DNA from: a virus
Reading direction: 5' to 3' (one strand)
Virus record (IMG/VR): IMGVR_UViG_3300019469_000046
Coordinates: 1-37,037 of that record
DNA: 37,037 nucleotides
The notes beneath the pieces were generated by a model. The model was not told the DNA's origin and ran no database searches. It saw only the letters and a list, made by a program, of their open reading frames with translations. A program made the translations under genes and the position numbers. Positions 15,645 through 25,848 of the stretch are shown in pieces. The first letter of the stretch is position 1, and every line of letters begins with the position of its first letter.

Positions 15645-18600
15645 TAATAAACACCTCCCAACGGACGAGCACCACCAACCGGGATTGCTCCGCCATTCGC
15701 TTGAATATTAAGTTCATGACTTCTAATTGTGCGCCAAGTCGCGTAAGTAATATGGCCAATCGTTTTACCATCAACGTTCATTACGACATTCATATTGCCA
15801 TCAATTTTAGCTGTCTGATTAGCAACTGAACCAGCAGTGCGAACCTGACTAGTTCCCTGATTGATTACTGGGACTAAACTATTAGCGCTATTCTTAACTG
15901 ATTCAATTAGCTTACTAAGTGTGCCGGCAAATCCGTTTGGATTAATCTTTGCTCGAGCTTCAATAGCTTCAGCAATATGGTCTTCCGATGAATCATGTGC
16001 CGGATTAACAGCAAGTTCTGGTTCACCTGGTACTTCACCAAAAATGCCAGGACGATCAGTCCAACCACCGTTAGCAAAGCGACGACCACCTGTTGGGCCC
16101 CAACCACCTAAGGTTAAGTCAGAGCGCCATGTTGTGTCATTGAACATTGCTAACAATTGGTCTAATGGATTCAAGATATTGGTATGTCCCGGCATTGCAT
16201 AGTGCCTGAAGGTTGGATCAATGAATTGTAAGATCCCTTTTGATGGGGTTCCCTTAGCAGCGTTGTGGTCCCAATTGTTAACAACATTCGAACGACCTCC
16301 AGATTCGTGTTGAATAACATTCAAAATATGTGAAATATCAGCACCAGAGATACTTACGTGCATGAGCGCAGCGGCGGTTTTAATTAGCTCGGGGCTTATG
16401 GATCCACCACCTAAAGTCTCCATGAACTTATCAGCCATTTTCTTGATGAATTTACCAATAGAATCCTTAGCATATTCAAAAGTGCCACGTGTAGTCCGTT
16501 TAACTCCACCCATTGATGGTTGACTGCCAAGCATTTTGTCAAGACCAGTTTTTTCTTTTAACCAATCCCAAATCTCACTGGCACCTTTACCAATAAGATC
16601 AAAAACTTCCTCCATGCCATCTTTGGCACTGTCGATGAAGTCCTCGATCTTTGCACCAGTACCCTTAGCATATCCTGGTAACTTGCCACCATTCATAGCC
16701 ATCGCGGCTGTTGACTGAGCATGAGTAAGAATTGAAGTGCCTGCCGATAAATAACGCACTTCTGGCCCATCTGCACCAAGCACTTCATATCCTCGTGGAG
16801 TGTGTGCAAGTTCAAAACCTTCTTCACCAACTAGTGCAAGCTGGTTTTCTTTCAATGCGCCAGTACCGGTTGCATATCCAGTCGGCACACTTGGCATATT
16901 TTTAGTGTTTTGTTGAAAGAACTTTAGTACTGACCGAACACCATTCAAGAACTTATTCCAAATACCACCAGCACGACTGTATCCACTAGAATAGTTACTG
17001 TTAACACCCTGCATTTCGGTTTGCGAGGCGCTAATGTGACCAGTTGCTTCGTCCATTGCAGACTTATTGACATCATTCTTCTGGTCTTCGATTTCCCTAG
17101 AAACTTTCTTGTGTTGATCAGATGCTTTTTTAGTAACCTCTTTGTATTGACGATCGGCTTCCTTAACAGTTCCGTCACGTTGTGCCTTGGCATTTTCAAC
17201 AATTTCTTTGTATTGCCGTGATGAAATAGTATGGGTTTCTTTATATTCATGTTCAGCTGCCTTAACAGTTGACTTGTACTTTGAGTTAGCGGCTTTGATT
17301 ACCTCATCACGTGCCTTTTGAGCAGGACGAACGGTTGCCTGATATTGCTTATTAGCATCTCGTTGAGTCTGCTTCAGATCCTGCTGACTCAGCTTCCCCT
17401 TACGCTTAATCAGATCTTTATAAATCTTTTCTTGTTGAGTAGCACCTTTCTTAATGCTTGCTTGAACACTACGATCAGCCTTCATTTGATCACTAACAAG
17501 GGTCTTAATATAACGTTGATTTTCTTTTTGAATTTCACGAATCCGTTCTTGATTATATTTCTTCGAATCGGTTCCATACTTTTTGGCGATGGATTCAAGT
17601 TTTTTAGTACCACCACTTTCGATATTCTCTAACTTTTTGTAATGATTGTTAGTATCTTTTTGCATGGTACTAATCGTTTTTTGCTGTTGCTTTATCCGGG
17701 CATCGTCCGCTCTTTTTTCGGCTTGAAGCTTTTTATTGGCTTGTTGTTGAGTAATAACTCCTTCTTTAACAAGCTGTTCAAGGTTCTTCTTAGAACGGGC
17801 TTCTTTATCCGAATAGTATTTCTTTAGTGACTGACTCATGTCGCTGTACAACTTATCAGTTTTCTGCTTTGTATCAGCGATACTCTTGGGGTCAACACTC
17901 ATTTTAATAACAGTACGAGTTATCTTATTCAGATCTGGTCTGATCGCCTTAGAAGTACCTTCTGTATCAGCATCAACTTTAATCTTAGTATGGGCAACAA
18001 TTGAATGACCCTTTAGTGCTTTATTAGCAGCATTACCGGCCGCTTCACCTATCTTTTTACCTAACCATTCACCAGCCATAGAGCCAACCATTGTGCCAGT
18101 TGGGCCCATAAATGAACCAGCAAAAGCACCTAATGCCGTACCAGCAATAGAGCCTACCGAACCACCGACTTTTTGTCCGGTATTGTTATTTGATAGTAAC
18201 TCGGTACCAACACCAGCAGCAGCGCTTAATATAGGAATTGTTTTATTAGCCCTCAACGTTCCTAACGCACCGCGAGCAGTATTAAGACGTAATAATGACA
18301 TTATTCCTGCATTCTGTTCAGTAGCGTTAGGAATCACTCCCGTACTCGGCAAACCACTAGAACCAACCTGCGGAAGTTTGAATTTGTCTGCTAATTGGCT
18401 AGCAATTCCAAACTCCATCATTGCTTTCTTGGCTTGGTCCAAAACACTGATGAACTCCAAAATTCTCTTTGTAGCAAAGGCTCCAGCCAAAACACTTCCC
18501 AAAGCGATCGCAATCTGCTTGTGCTCAGACATTACGGTAAACATCTTCAGCACGAACCCAGTCAAGCCTACCACAGCATTTGAGGCGGCATTAATTGCGT

Positions 18601-19831
18601 CAGTCATCCTCCTTTTTCCGATCGCATTCACCATGTCATTCAAACCGCTAATAACGTTTGCCTGAAGGTTTCCGAATGCTCCCTCGAAGGTCTCAGTAGA
18701 CTTGGCGGCTTCAACTGCTCCTTTGTTCATCCCCAATTGCGTTACAGCCTTATTGAACTCTTCGGCAGTAATTTGACCGTTAGCCATCGCATCTCGGAAA
18801 TTTCCAGTATAAGCACCATTTTCCTTCATCGCCTTCTGAAGTACCCCTGAAGCTCCTGGGATAGCATCTGTTAACTGGTTCCAGTTTTCTGTAGTTAGCT
18901 TACCAGCACCAGCGGTTTGAGTCATTACCATTGCAACCGACTTAAATGTTTCTGCTGTACCACCTGCTTGAGCATTCAAGTTACCAGCTGCCTCGGTTAG
19001 CTCCATGTAGTTCTTAATTCCGTTTGCAGCCAATTGAGCGGTCGTATTCGATACATCGCCGAGATCGTACACTGTTTCATCAGCATACTTCTTCATTTCT
19101 TTAGTCGACCTGGCGATTTCTTCTTCCCCAAATCCACCAAGCTTCATAGTAGATTTGAACTTGTAGATCGCGTCAGATGCACTCATGGTTTCCTGGATCA
19201 AGCCACCCAAAGAGCTAGTGATCATCCCAATTCCACGAGAAGCTAAACCACCAAGAAATGATCCAGCAACGATCTCTTTCAGATGAGAAAAACTCGATGC
19301 TGTTTCGTCTGCTTGATGTTTAACTTGAATCAATTCTTCAGAGGCTCTGTTGTTCAACTTTGCCTCGGTAACTATCCGAGATGGAATTTTATGCAACAAT
19401 TCCTCATAATTAATTGCTTCGCCCTTTTGAGCTTTGGCAATCAACTCAGTAAGCTGTTTTTTAGGTATTTTCTTCAACAGCTTATCAAAGTTATCAATAC
19501 CCTGTTCTTTAGCTTCAGCAATAAGCTTAGTTTTAACACTCTTGGGGATCTCGACAGTTTGCTTCTTATACTCATTAATCTTTTTAGTCGCCTCATCAGT
19601 ATCTGACTTAACCTTTTGAGTAACTGGTTCAGAAGTTTCTTGCTTCATCTTTTCATGAGCATTTTTCACTTTTTCAGTCGATTTATTGGCGTTATCTTCA
19701 ATACTCTTTTCAGCCTTATTGCCAGCACCTTCGCCTAAGTTTTTGAGCGTGGTGTCAATATCGTTGGCCTTTTGCTGGACTTGTTCCCCATTAAGAATAA
19801 CGTCAATATTGACTGTTCCATCTGCTGCCAT
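15644..19831 (-). CDS. Tape measure protein with a C-terminal lytic-transglycosylase-like domain
   Basis: 1395 aa with coiled-coil and Gly/Ala-rich TM-like segments. HESGGRSNVVNNWD...GILQFIDPTF is an SLT-like motif. Confidence 0.9.
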   Translation of the reverse strand: MAADGTVNIDVILNGEQVQQKANDIDTTLKNLGEGAGNKAEKSIEDNANKSTEKVKNAHEKMKQETSEPVTQKVKSDTDEATKKINEYKKQTVEIPKSVKTKLIAEAKEQGIDNFDKLLKKIPKKQLTELIAKAQKGEAINYEELLHKIPSRIVTEAKLNNRASEELIQVKHQADETASSFSHLKEIVAGSFLGGLASRGIGMITSSLGGLIQETMSASDAIYKFKSTMKLGGFGEEEIARSTKEMKKYADETVYDLGDVSNTTAQLAANGIKNYMELTEAAGNLNAQAGGTAETFKSVAMVMTQTAGAGKLTTENWNQLTDAIPGASGVLQKAMKENGAYTGNFRDAMANGQITAEEFNKAVTQLGMNKGAVEAAKSTETFEGAFGNLQANVISGLNDMVNAIGKRRMTDAINAASNAVVGLTGFVLKMFTVMSEHKQIAIALGSVLAGAFATKRILEFISVLDQAKKAMMEFGIASQLADKFKLPQVGSSGLPSTGVIPNATEQNAGIMSLLRLNTARGALGTLRANKTIPILSAAAGVGTELLSNNNTGQKVGGSVGSIAGTALGAFAGSFMGPTGTMVGSMAGEWLGKKIGEAAGNAANKALKGHSIVAHTKIKVDADTEGTSKAIRPDLNKITRTVIKMSVDPKSIADTKQKTDKLYSDMSQSLKKYYSDKEARSKKNLEQLVKEGVITQQQANKKLQAEKRADDARIKQQQKTISTMQKDTNNHYKKLENIESGGTKKLESIAKKYGTDSKKYNQERIREIQKENQRYIKTLVSDQMKADRSVQASIKKGATQQEKIYKDLIKRKGKLSQQDLKQTQRDANKQYQATVRPAQKARDEVIKAANSKYKSTVKAAEHEYKETHTISSRQYKEIVENAKAQRDGTVKEADRQYKEVTKKASDQHKKVSREIEDQKNDVNKSAMDEATGHISASQTEMQGVNSNYSSGYSRAGGIWNKFLNGVRSVLKFFQQNTKNMPSVPTGYATGTGALKENQLALVGEEGFELAHTPRGYEVLGADGPEVRYLSAGTSILTHAQSTAAMAMNGGKLPGYAKGTGAKIEDFIDSAKDGMEEVFDLIGKGASEIWDWLKEKTGLDKMLGSQPSMGGVKRTTRGTFEYAKDSIGKFIKKMADKFMETLGGGSISPELIKTAAALMHVSISGADISHILNVIQHESGGRSNVVNNWDHNAAKGTPSKGILQFIDPTFRHYAMPGHTNILNPLDQLLAMFNDTTWRSDLTLGGWGPTGGRRFANGGWTDRPGIFGEVPGEPELAVNPAHDSSEDHIAEAIEARAKINPNGFAGTLSKLIESVKNSANSLVPVINQGTSQVRTAGSVANQTAKIDGNMNVVMNVDGKTIGHITYATWRTIRSHELNIQANGGAIPVGGARPLGGVY

Positions 19832-19850
19832 TTTTAATTTCCCCCTTTCG

Positions 19851-20504
19851 TTAAGACTGTGCCCATGCCTTCAAGGTATTTATAAAGCCCATGAATTGCT
19901 GTTCACGGGCTTCCTCTGTCTTATTCTCGTTAAGTTCGTAATACTGCTTTGCATTAAGTGCATCGGTAAGTTCTTGCCCCTTTAATTCACTAGTGTCTCG
20001 CATTCTAATCTGAATAATCCTACTCATGTAGGTTTTGTCGCTAAGGCCAGCAAATAGTGCCTTGAACTCGTCCCAATGCATTTTCCCCTTTTCTTTTAGT
20101 AAATTGATTCCATATTGTTCACGGAAACTTGAGTAAATAGCTTCAGCATCTTGGGTAAATGAATAGTATTTAACGGCAGAAATCGAATTACCTTGCATAT
20201 CTGTTCCCACGTCTTCTTCAACATCATTACCGTATGGCTGCTGTCGCAGATAACTACTAATTTGTTCAAACGCCGAAATAGTGAAATCAGGGTTCTTGGG
20301 TTCAAAGCCAAAGAACATTTCAAACGCAATTGATGCTTTCTCCTCAGCGGTAAAGTGGTCATCATCTAATAACTGGTAAAAACTAATCACAGTGTCAAAA
20401 GAAAGGTCTAACTTATAGGACTTACCTTGATAGCTAAATTCATTGCTAAGACCAGTAGGATTACTTTTGCGATCCTCGCTTCTTGTTAGCGATAGCATGT
20501 TCAT
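19851..20504 (-). CDS. Gp15-family tail assembly protein
   Basis: YKLDLSFDTVISFYQLLDDDHFTAEEKASIAFEMFF matches the phage Gp15 family pattern. Immediately upstream of the tape measure. Confidence 0.6.
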   Translation of the reverse strand: MNMLSLTRSEDRKSNPTGLSNEFSYQGKSYKLDLSFDTVISFYQLLDDDHFTAEEKASIAFEMFFGFEPKNPDFTISAFEQISSYLRQQPYGNDVEEDVGTDMQGNSISAVKYYSFTQDAEAIYSSFREQYGINLLKEKGKMHWDEFKALFAGLSDKTYMSRIIQIRMRDTSELKGQELTDALNAKQYYELNENKTEEAREQQFMGFINTLKAWAQS

Positions 20505-20961
20505 TCACCCGCTTCTTTTTGCCAGTATATTGGGCTGCACGGGCTTCATGCTTTTCACGTTGACGAGCTTCGTTAGTACCATCTAGTTTTTCTTTAGTAT
20601 TACGAAGTACTTTAATCGTCTTAAACAATGCATATGATTGATGATTGTAATAGTTGTAGATGCTTTCCCCAGCGCCTTTAACTCCTAAAATGCTATCAAG
20701 AGCAACAAACACATCATTCAGTAAGGCTTTTTGCTGAGTTGCAAGATAGTTCTTACGTTCCTCAACATTCATTTCATCTTCAAATTTTTCTGAAATTTGA
20801 GTTTGCTTATTATAAAAGTCTGAAATTTCTAATTGAAGATTTCGCAAAGCATTATCCATTTCATCATTAAACGTTACGTGGTATGTCCTGCCACCAATGA
20901 TTACGTCACGTTTAAAGTTAAATTTGAATTGCTTATCTAGATCCATATTGATTGCTGACAT
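20461..20961 (-). CDS. Tail assembly chaperone-like protein
   Basis: 166 aa between the major tail protein and the Gp15-like gene. Confidence 0.5.
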   Translation of the reverse strand: MSAINMDLDKQFKFNFKRDVIIGGRTYHVTFNDEMDNALRNLQLEISDFYNKQTQISEKFEDEMNVEERKNYLATQQKALLNDVFVALDSILGVKGAGESIYNYYNHQSYALFKTIKVLRNTKEKLDGTNEARQREKHEARAAQYTGKKKRVNEHAIANKKRGSQK

Positions 20962-21013
20962 TATATATATCCTCCCATCGTCTCACGTTTACTCGTCTCT
21001 GTTGTTAAATTGA

Positions 21014-21544
21014 TTAGTTATGTGAAGCTGGGGCTGGCACAAACTTAGGTTTGCCGTTAAATACCGCTACAAAGCTGAATGTTTGCTTTGCTCCCGGTTG
21101 ACCACCGGCAGGAACGATGTTAGTTAAGGTAACCACGCCGTAAACTTGTGAACCATCGGCAAAGGTAACCCGCATCAAGGTCTTAAGATTGTCCCCAATT
21201 TCTAGCATCTTGGAGGCAATGTAGTCTTGTGCCTTATCACCGTACACACGATGACCAGCAACAGTGAATTGGTAACGTTTAGCTGTAACATCTGAAGTAC
21301 CAAACCCTTCACCATCGTAGTATTCATCGTTAACAGTGGTATCGTTTCCAGCAGGTGTTAAGTTATTAATTCCGGCTGCTAAACGTGCCCAGGTTGCTTG
21401 TTCGATGCTATCAGCATGTGCTAATCCATCGGTAGCAATTTCAATTTTGTTTTGCCAGTTTAGTAAGAACTTTCCAATATGAGTTGGTGTAGCTCCTTGA
21501 GTTAATGGACTTGTACCAGTAGTAGGTGTATTTCCTTCAGGCAT
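21014..21544 (-). CDS. Major tail protein
   Basis: 176 aa. Position and size are typical of TP901-1/phi13-type major tail proteins. Confidence 0.7.
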   Translation of the reverse strand: MPEGNTPTTGTSPLTQGATPTHIGKFLLNWQNKIEIATDGLAHADSIEQATWARLAAGINNLTPAGNDTTVNDEYYDGEGFGTSDVTAKRYQFTVAGHRVYGDKAQDYIASKMLEIGDNLKTLMRVTFADGSQVYGVVTLTNIVPAGGQPGAKQTFSFVAVFNGKPKFVPAPASHN

Positions 21545-21562
21545 AATTTATATCCTTCTTTC

Positions 21563-22003
21563 TTATTTTCCAAAAGTATCAACCGTTATCTTAAAATCAA
21601 AAACGTATGTTACTGTCCCAGCGGTATCAGCCATTGTCGGGTGCGGAAATGACGCAATTTCTAGGGTGCTAAAAACAAAAGAGCCATTCTTTGAGATGAC
21701 TCTAAAATCGTTATCACCAAGTGCGTTAGCAATTTGCCACAGCACTTGGTTAATTGTTCCCTCATCACTACCACGCATGACTACTTCCATGAGATACTGC
21801 TCGGTCTTATTACCAGCGTAATCAACTTCAATCACGTTAGAACCAGGCAGCATTTGCAAGCGTAGTTCTGGGTCGTGCTTGCCATCTAAGTAACCTAGTA
21901 AGCATTTAAGAGGCAATCCTAACGAATTAATAGTTTCTAGCATTCTTTCCTTTAGGTCCATTACATGCCCTCCAGTAAGCTTTTCTTGACTTTGTTTTCC
22001 CAA
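21563..22003 (-). CDS. Tail completion/terminator-like protein (start uncertain)
   Basis: Call based on position in the head-tail joining block. Confidence 0.45.
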   Translation of the reverse strand: MGKQSQEKLTGGHVMDLKERMLETINSLGLPLKCLLGYLDGKHDPELRLQMLPGSNVIEVDYAGNKTEQYLMEVVMRGSDEGTINQVLWQIANALGDNDFRVISKNGSFVFSTLEIASFPHPTMADTAGTVTYVFDFKITVDTFGK

Positions 22004-22341
22004 ACATCGCCATATAGTGACTTAGCTCTTAGATCCCAGCGTCGTGAAGGCATTCGTCCCTCTAACTGTGTATAGTTCCTAATCCGATACTGTTTGCCTG
22101 TCTTATAGTTCGTTATAAAACCATAAAACTGAGCTTTAGCATACGGAACAGTATAAATAATTGATTTACCATCAATCCCAATCGCTGTATCATTTGCTAA
22201 ATTACCACTTTTGTATGGAACAAATTTATACATATCACTTAGTACCTGGTTAACCAAAATATATTGTGCACGACGTAAGGAATGACCACTTAGTTTTCGA
22301 TCAAGACCAGATAAATCAACTTTAATATTTGTACTCATCAC
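21961..22341 (-). CDS. Head-tail joining protein (HK97 gp10-like / minor capsid)
   Basis: Call based on position. Contains the motif SGNLANDT...YTVPYAKAQFYG. Confidence 0.5.
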   Translation of the reverse strand: MMSTNIKVDLSGLDRKLSGHSLRRAQYILVNQVLSDMYKFVPYKSGNLANDTAIGIDGKSIIYTVPYAKAQFYGFITNYKTGKQYRIRNYTQLEGRMPSRRWDLRAKSLYGDVWENKVKKSLLEGM

Positions 22342-22691
22342 AGCACCTCCAGCTCGTACGAATACACTTTGTTACTGTAATTTTCCCGATTATCTACAAT
22401 GTTAGTAATCGTGTAATCGCGTCCCTCAAAGGTAAGGTGATAGCCTACCCAATCAGGCGTAATCTTAGGCAACGGATCAGTAATCTTTGCAAATAAAAAG
22501 ACAATCGCATTGGCTGTGATTGTCCGATTATCATTCGATCCCGAATAAATCGTCTGTGGTTGAACCAACACGTTGTTCAAAGTTTGGCCCACTGTTTTCT
22601 GCTTCCCATAGTCATCTTCTTCACCAGTTGGTATTTGAAGCACGATTGATTGATTGCACAGACGTTTACTTATTCTTGGCAGCATAATCAT
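22338..22691 (-). CDS. Head closure / head-tail adaptor-like protein
   Basis: Call based on position. Start overlaps the upstream gene. Confidence 0.5.
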   Translation of the reverse strand: MIMLPRISKRLCNQSIVLQIPTGEEDDYGKQKTVGQTLNNVLVQPQTIYSGSNDNRTITANAIVFLFAKITDPLPKITPDWVGYHLTFEGRDYTITNIVDNRENYSNKVYSYELEVL

Positions 22692-23088
22692 TCACCCCAC
22701 GATAAAGTAAACCGTAACGTCCCAAAATTCGATACGCTTCTTTGCATACTCCATTGACTGTAGTATCCACGGGATTAACCGATGGTGACAACGACAAGCG
22801 CCCAATTGAAACATTCTTAAAGTTGTCTCCACCGTCGTAAGACGCAGTAATACCTGTTTCTAGAATAAAATCGACCTGTTCACAGATAGCTGCTTTATAA
22901 GCATCTACGCGCTTAAGCCAGTCATTACTAAAATCATGGTCATCGTAGAAGTAATTGGTAGCAGCCTCAATTTGACGTTGGGCTTGTTTTTCCATTGAGC
23001 TAAAATCTTCATCGCTTTTATCCTTAGCGTTGACATACCCGAACTCAATATAATCACTCTTACTTAATCGTTGTTCCCATGTCATCAA
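22666..23088 (-). CDS. Head-tail connector (gp6-like) protein
   Basis: 140 aa, directly downstream of the major capsid gene. Confidence 0.55.
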   Translation of the reverse strand: MMTWEQRLSKSDYIEFGYVNAKDKSDEDFSSMEKQAQRQIEAATNYFYDDHDFSNDWLKRVDAYKAAICEQVDFILETGITASYDGGDNFKNVSIGRLSLSPSVNPVDTTVNGVCKEAYRILGRYGLLYRGVNDYAAKNK

Positions 23089-23097
23089 ATCACCTTA

Positions 23098-24012
23098 TTA
23101 GCTATGTAAACCCGGAGTAGGATTTGTAGTGCTTGCCTTAGACATGTTCGCAACAATACCGTCCTTTAGCGATTCACGAATAAATAAGTCGTGGTACAGA
23201 CGGTTTTGGTAAAGGTAGCCGTCCCCTTCAGTATGTTCACCAGGAGCGAACAAGTAAACAGCGTTTTCCTTTACAACTTGAATGATTGAAGGCTTGGAAA
23301 CGAACATGAAGTTAATGTTTTGAGCGTTAGCAGTAGCCTTAAAGCCATCTGAGAAGTCGTAATCAGACATAAACCGGGCACCGTCCCAAACTTCAATTAA
23401 TTGAATACCATCAATTGAAACAATCCGGGAGTTAAGGGCAGTACCAGCCACGTTTTGATTGGTAATGGTTCGGGTAAACTCAGTCGATTGTTCTAGCTTA
23501 TTCATAGTATCAGAAGATACGAAGCCAACGATACTTTGTGGTCCGTACTTACGCAATGGCATAATAGCATCTTTAATGGCGCCGTAAACGTTGCTCTTAG
23601 TAAGTTTAGTTGCATCAACTTGACCAGCATCTTGGGCACCCTTAGCCATCTTAGAGAACCGGTAAGCGTCCAATTCAGGTTGTACGTGTTCGGTGATGAA
23701 AGTATTTGAGATGTTAGCCATTGCCAATTCTTGATTGGTTTCATCAACATCCTGTTTGTCAATGTAGAACTCTACGTCCCGATCTTGGCCCATTGTGTAA
23801 ACTTTCTTAGAGTCTTCAATAGTTCCTTCGTTGAATCCTTTACCACGAGTATGTGCCTTCAAGCCTGAAGTGCTAATAGTCCGCAAAGTAAATGACTTCC
23901 CACCAGTCACAAGGCTAACATCAGCATTACCAATTGCTGTGGTCATCAATCCTTCAGTAATCTTTTGGTCCAGCATGGCGCCGTCCTTTTCAACGTAATT
24001 AAATGTAGTCAT
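23098..24012 (-). CDS. Major capsid protein
   Basis: 304 aa, following a scaffold gene in an SPP1-like head module. Confidence 0.8.
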   Translation of the reverse strand: MTTFNYVEKDGAMLDQKITEGLMTTAIGNADVSLVTGGKSFTLRTISTSGLKAHTRGKGFNEGTIEDSKKVYTMGQDRDVEFYIDKQDVDETNQELAMANISNTFITEHVQPELDAYRFSKMAKGAQDAGQVDATKLTKSNVYGAIKDAIMPLRKYGPQSIVGFVSSDTMNKLEQSTEFTRTITNQNVAGTALNSRIVSIDGIQLIEVWDGARFMSDYDFSDGFKATANAQNINFMFVSKPSIIQVVKENAVYLFAPGEHTEGDGYLYQNRLYHDLFIRESLKDGIVANMSKASTTNPTPGLHS

Positions 24013-24033
24013 CTAATCATCAATCCTTTCTTG

Positions 24034-24600
24034 CTATTCACTCTTCAATCCTAGAGCTTGGCGAAAAGCATCACGACTGTTGTCATTATTGCCACTGCCG
24101 CCGCTAGGATTCCCACCAACTGTTGAATTACTTGTGTCTTTGGGCTGTTCTTCAAACAAATAACTGTCGCTATCTTGTAAGCCGGTCAATTGGTCATCTA
24201 AGCCGGTAAGTTTACCGTCATCACCCATCTTGACCTTATCCATATCAATCAATGCACGAACAGCTTTGCTATTGCGGGCATGAGAACCAGCAATAGCAAC
24301 ATCAACAGCGCTGTTAAGCTTAATATCAGCAATCTTTTGCTTACTATCGTCTTGTGACTGCTTAAATTGCTTTTGTAACGAATCAAGTTGCCCTTGCAAC
24401 TCTTCGTTATCCTTAGCATTCTTTTGTAAGTCTTTGAGCTTAGCACTGTTGCTTTCTAGTTCATTCTTATATTGATCACGTTCACCGGTAAGGGTTGTCA
24501 TCTGTGAATGTAGATCATTAATTTCTGCTGAATGAACCCCCATTACCTTAGTTACTTGTTCATCAGATAATCCCATATCTCGTAATTCGTCTCGTTTCAT
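24034..24600 (-). CDS. Capsid scaffolding protein (DUF4355-like)
   Basis: GGAGGAATTTGC-ATG at 24600 (MKRDELRDMGLS). Coiled-coil and acidic composition. Confidence 0.7.
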   Translation of the reverse strand: MKRDELRDMGLSDEQVTKVMGVHSAEINDLHSQMTTLTGERDQYKNELESNSAKLKDLQKNAKDNEELQGQLDSLQKQFKQSQDDSKQKIADIKLNSAVDVAIAGSHARNSKAVRALIDMDKVKMGDDGKLTGLDDQLTGLQDSDSYLFEEQPKDTSNSTVGGNPSGGSGNNDNSRDAFRQALGLKSE

Positions 24601-24694
24601 GCAAATTCCTCCATTCGATATTTTTGTACAGAGCAACGACTCTGAAAAATTGCATACTAAAAGAGCAGTTTTACGACTTACTCAGGTCAAATTG

Positions 24695-25846
24695 TTAATT
24701 CATTATTTTTTCTCTTGAATAATCACGAACTAAAATTGGCTTTTCGTGATTACTATTAGTTTCTTTAATATACTGTCTTAAATTCCCTTGTCGTGCCCGT
24801 ATGAGCGTTTTAGCATGATTTACTTGTTCTTCATCACCTAACTCTTTAGCGGCTACCAGGCGGCGTTTAGCGTCCCTAATAGCACGTTCTCTTGCCCGCT
24901 GTTGTTGAACAAGTTTACCGTTTTTAATTGCTTCTTTCGGGTCATATTGAGGCTGATGGTTGACGTTTATACCTGGTACATATGGAAACAATACGTGAGA
25001 ACAATTAATTCCTTGAGTTCCTGCTGGCGTCCCGTAGCCGTGATTATAGATGCTGTCATAACGGTCATCATAATTAGGACTTTCAGGCGGTACTAAATTA
25101 ACCACATGACCTTGAATGTACGCACAAGCTGGGCGACTGTTCGGGTGACTACTCATCAATGCTAAATGCATATCAAAGTCTTTCATTCGCTGTAAACGTA
25201 ACTCATTATAAGTTCGATTTACCGTAGTATTGACCACCATCCGGGCATAACCTTCAATTGACCAATTATGGCCCGCTTTATCAGTTAGTTTAGTGGGCAA
25301 TCCTCGATCAACAGCACGATATACAGCACTCTCAACAGCCTTTTGATGGGTCATTAGCCCTGACACAGTCGCAACTGTTGACTCGGTAAGTATCTGCCGA
25401 TATACCCTTGTCGTTGCCGTAGTTCCATAGTTACGACTGATTAGCGACTCATTAATATTATTGTTCAAGTCGGTCCAAGTTTGGCTCACAATAGCTCCTA
25501 GTGCATTTTGTGTATCGGCTGAAATCGACTGGCGGCTATTAGTCATATCTTGTAACTGATTATCAATTTCATTAATGATTTTGATACCGTGAAACTTAAT
25601 TAAGTCCTTGATAGCGTCCTCACTAAGACCATCTGCCTTTGACATTAGCTTGATAGCCTGTTGATTGAGCTTCCCTAACTGTGCTAATTGCTTAGCCTGC
25701 CAGGTAACAACATCATCTTTACCAACATGCTTGTAGTCGCCATCTTTGAGTGTATCAATAATCACCTTAAAGATTTGCTCTTGCAGATTGCTATACAAGT
25801 TAATGATCTTGTCAGCTGACTTTTGAAAGTCATCCCTTGCGGTCAT
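24695..25846 (-). CDS. Minor capsid / head morphogenesis protein (SPP1 gp7-like)
   Basis: 383 aa directly after the portal gene. Motif NWSIEGYARMVVNTTVNRTYNELRL. Confidence 0.7.
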   Translation of the reverse strand: MTARDDFQKSADKIINLYSNLQEQIFKVIIDTLKDGDYKHVGKDDVVTWQAKQLAQLGKLNQQAIKLMSKADGLSEDAIKDLIKFHGIKIINEIDNQLQDMTNSRQSISADTQNALGAIVSQTWTDLNNNINESLISRNYGTTATTRVYRQILTESTVATVSGLMTHQKAVESAVYRAVDRGLPTKLTDKAGHNWSIEGYARMVVNTTVNRTYNELRLQRMKDFDMHLALMSSHPNSRPACAYIQGHVVNLVPPESPNYDDRYDSIYNHGYGTPAGTQGINCSHVLFPYVPGINVNHQPQYDPKEAIKNGKLVQQQRARERAIRDAKRRLVAAKELGDEEQVNHAKTLIRARQGNLRQYIKETNSNHEKPILVRDYSREKIMN

Positions 25847-25848
25847 GA

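Noticed and set aside
18093-18665. Long plus-strand ORFs opposite the structural genes (for example 18093-18665 at 190 aa, 9503-9982 at 159 aa, 15861-16202, 19283-19606)
   Set aside because: These are shadow ORFs inside long, well-supported minus-strand genes. They have low-complexity or implausible composition and no RBS, and some are repeat-derived (the TTWINCCS repeats mirror the TVNPGGG repeat).
19851-20961. Programmed -1 frameshift joining the two tail-chaperone ORFs (G/GT-type)
   Set aside because: The downstream frame is +1, not -1, relative to the upstream ORF. The 44-nt overlap contains no X XXY YYZ heptamer (only CAAAAAG). The downstream Gp15-like ORF has its own ATG. They are treated as two genes.
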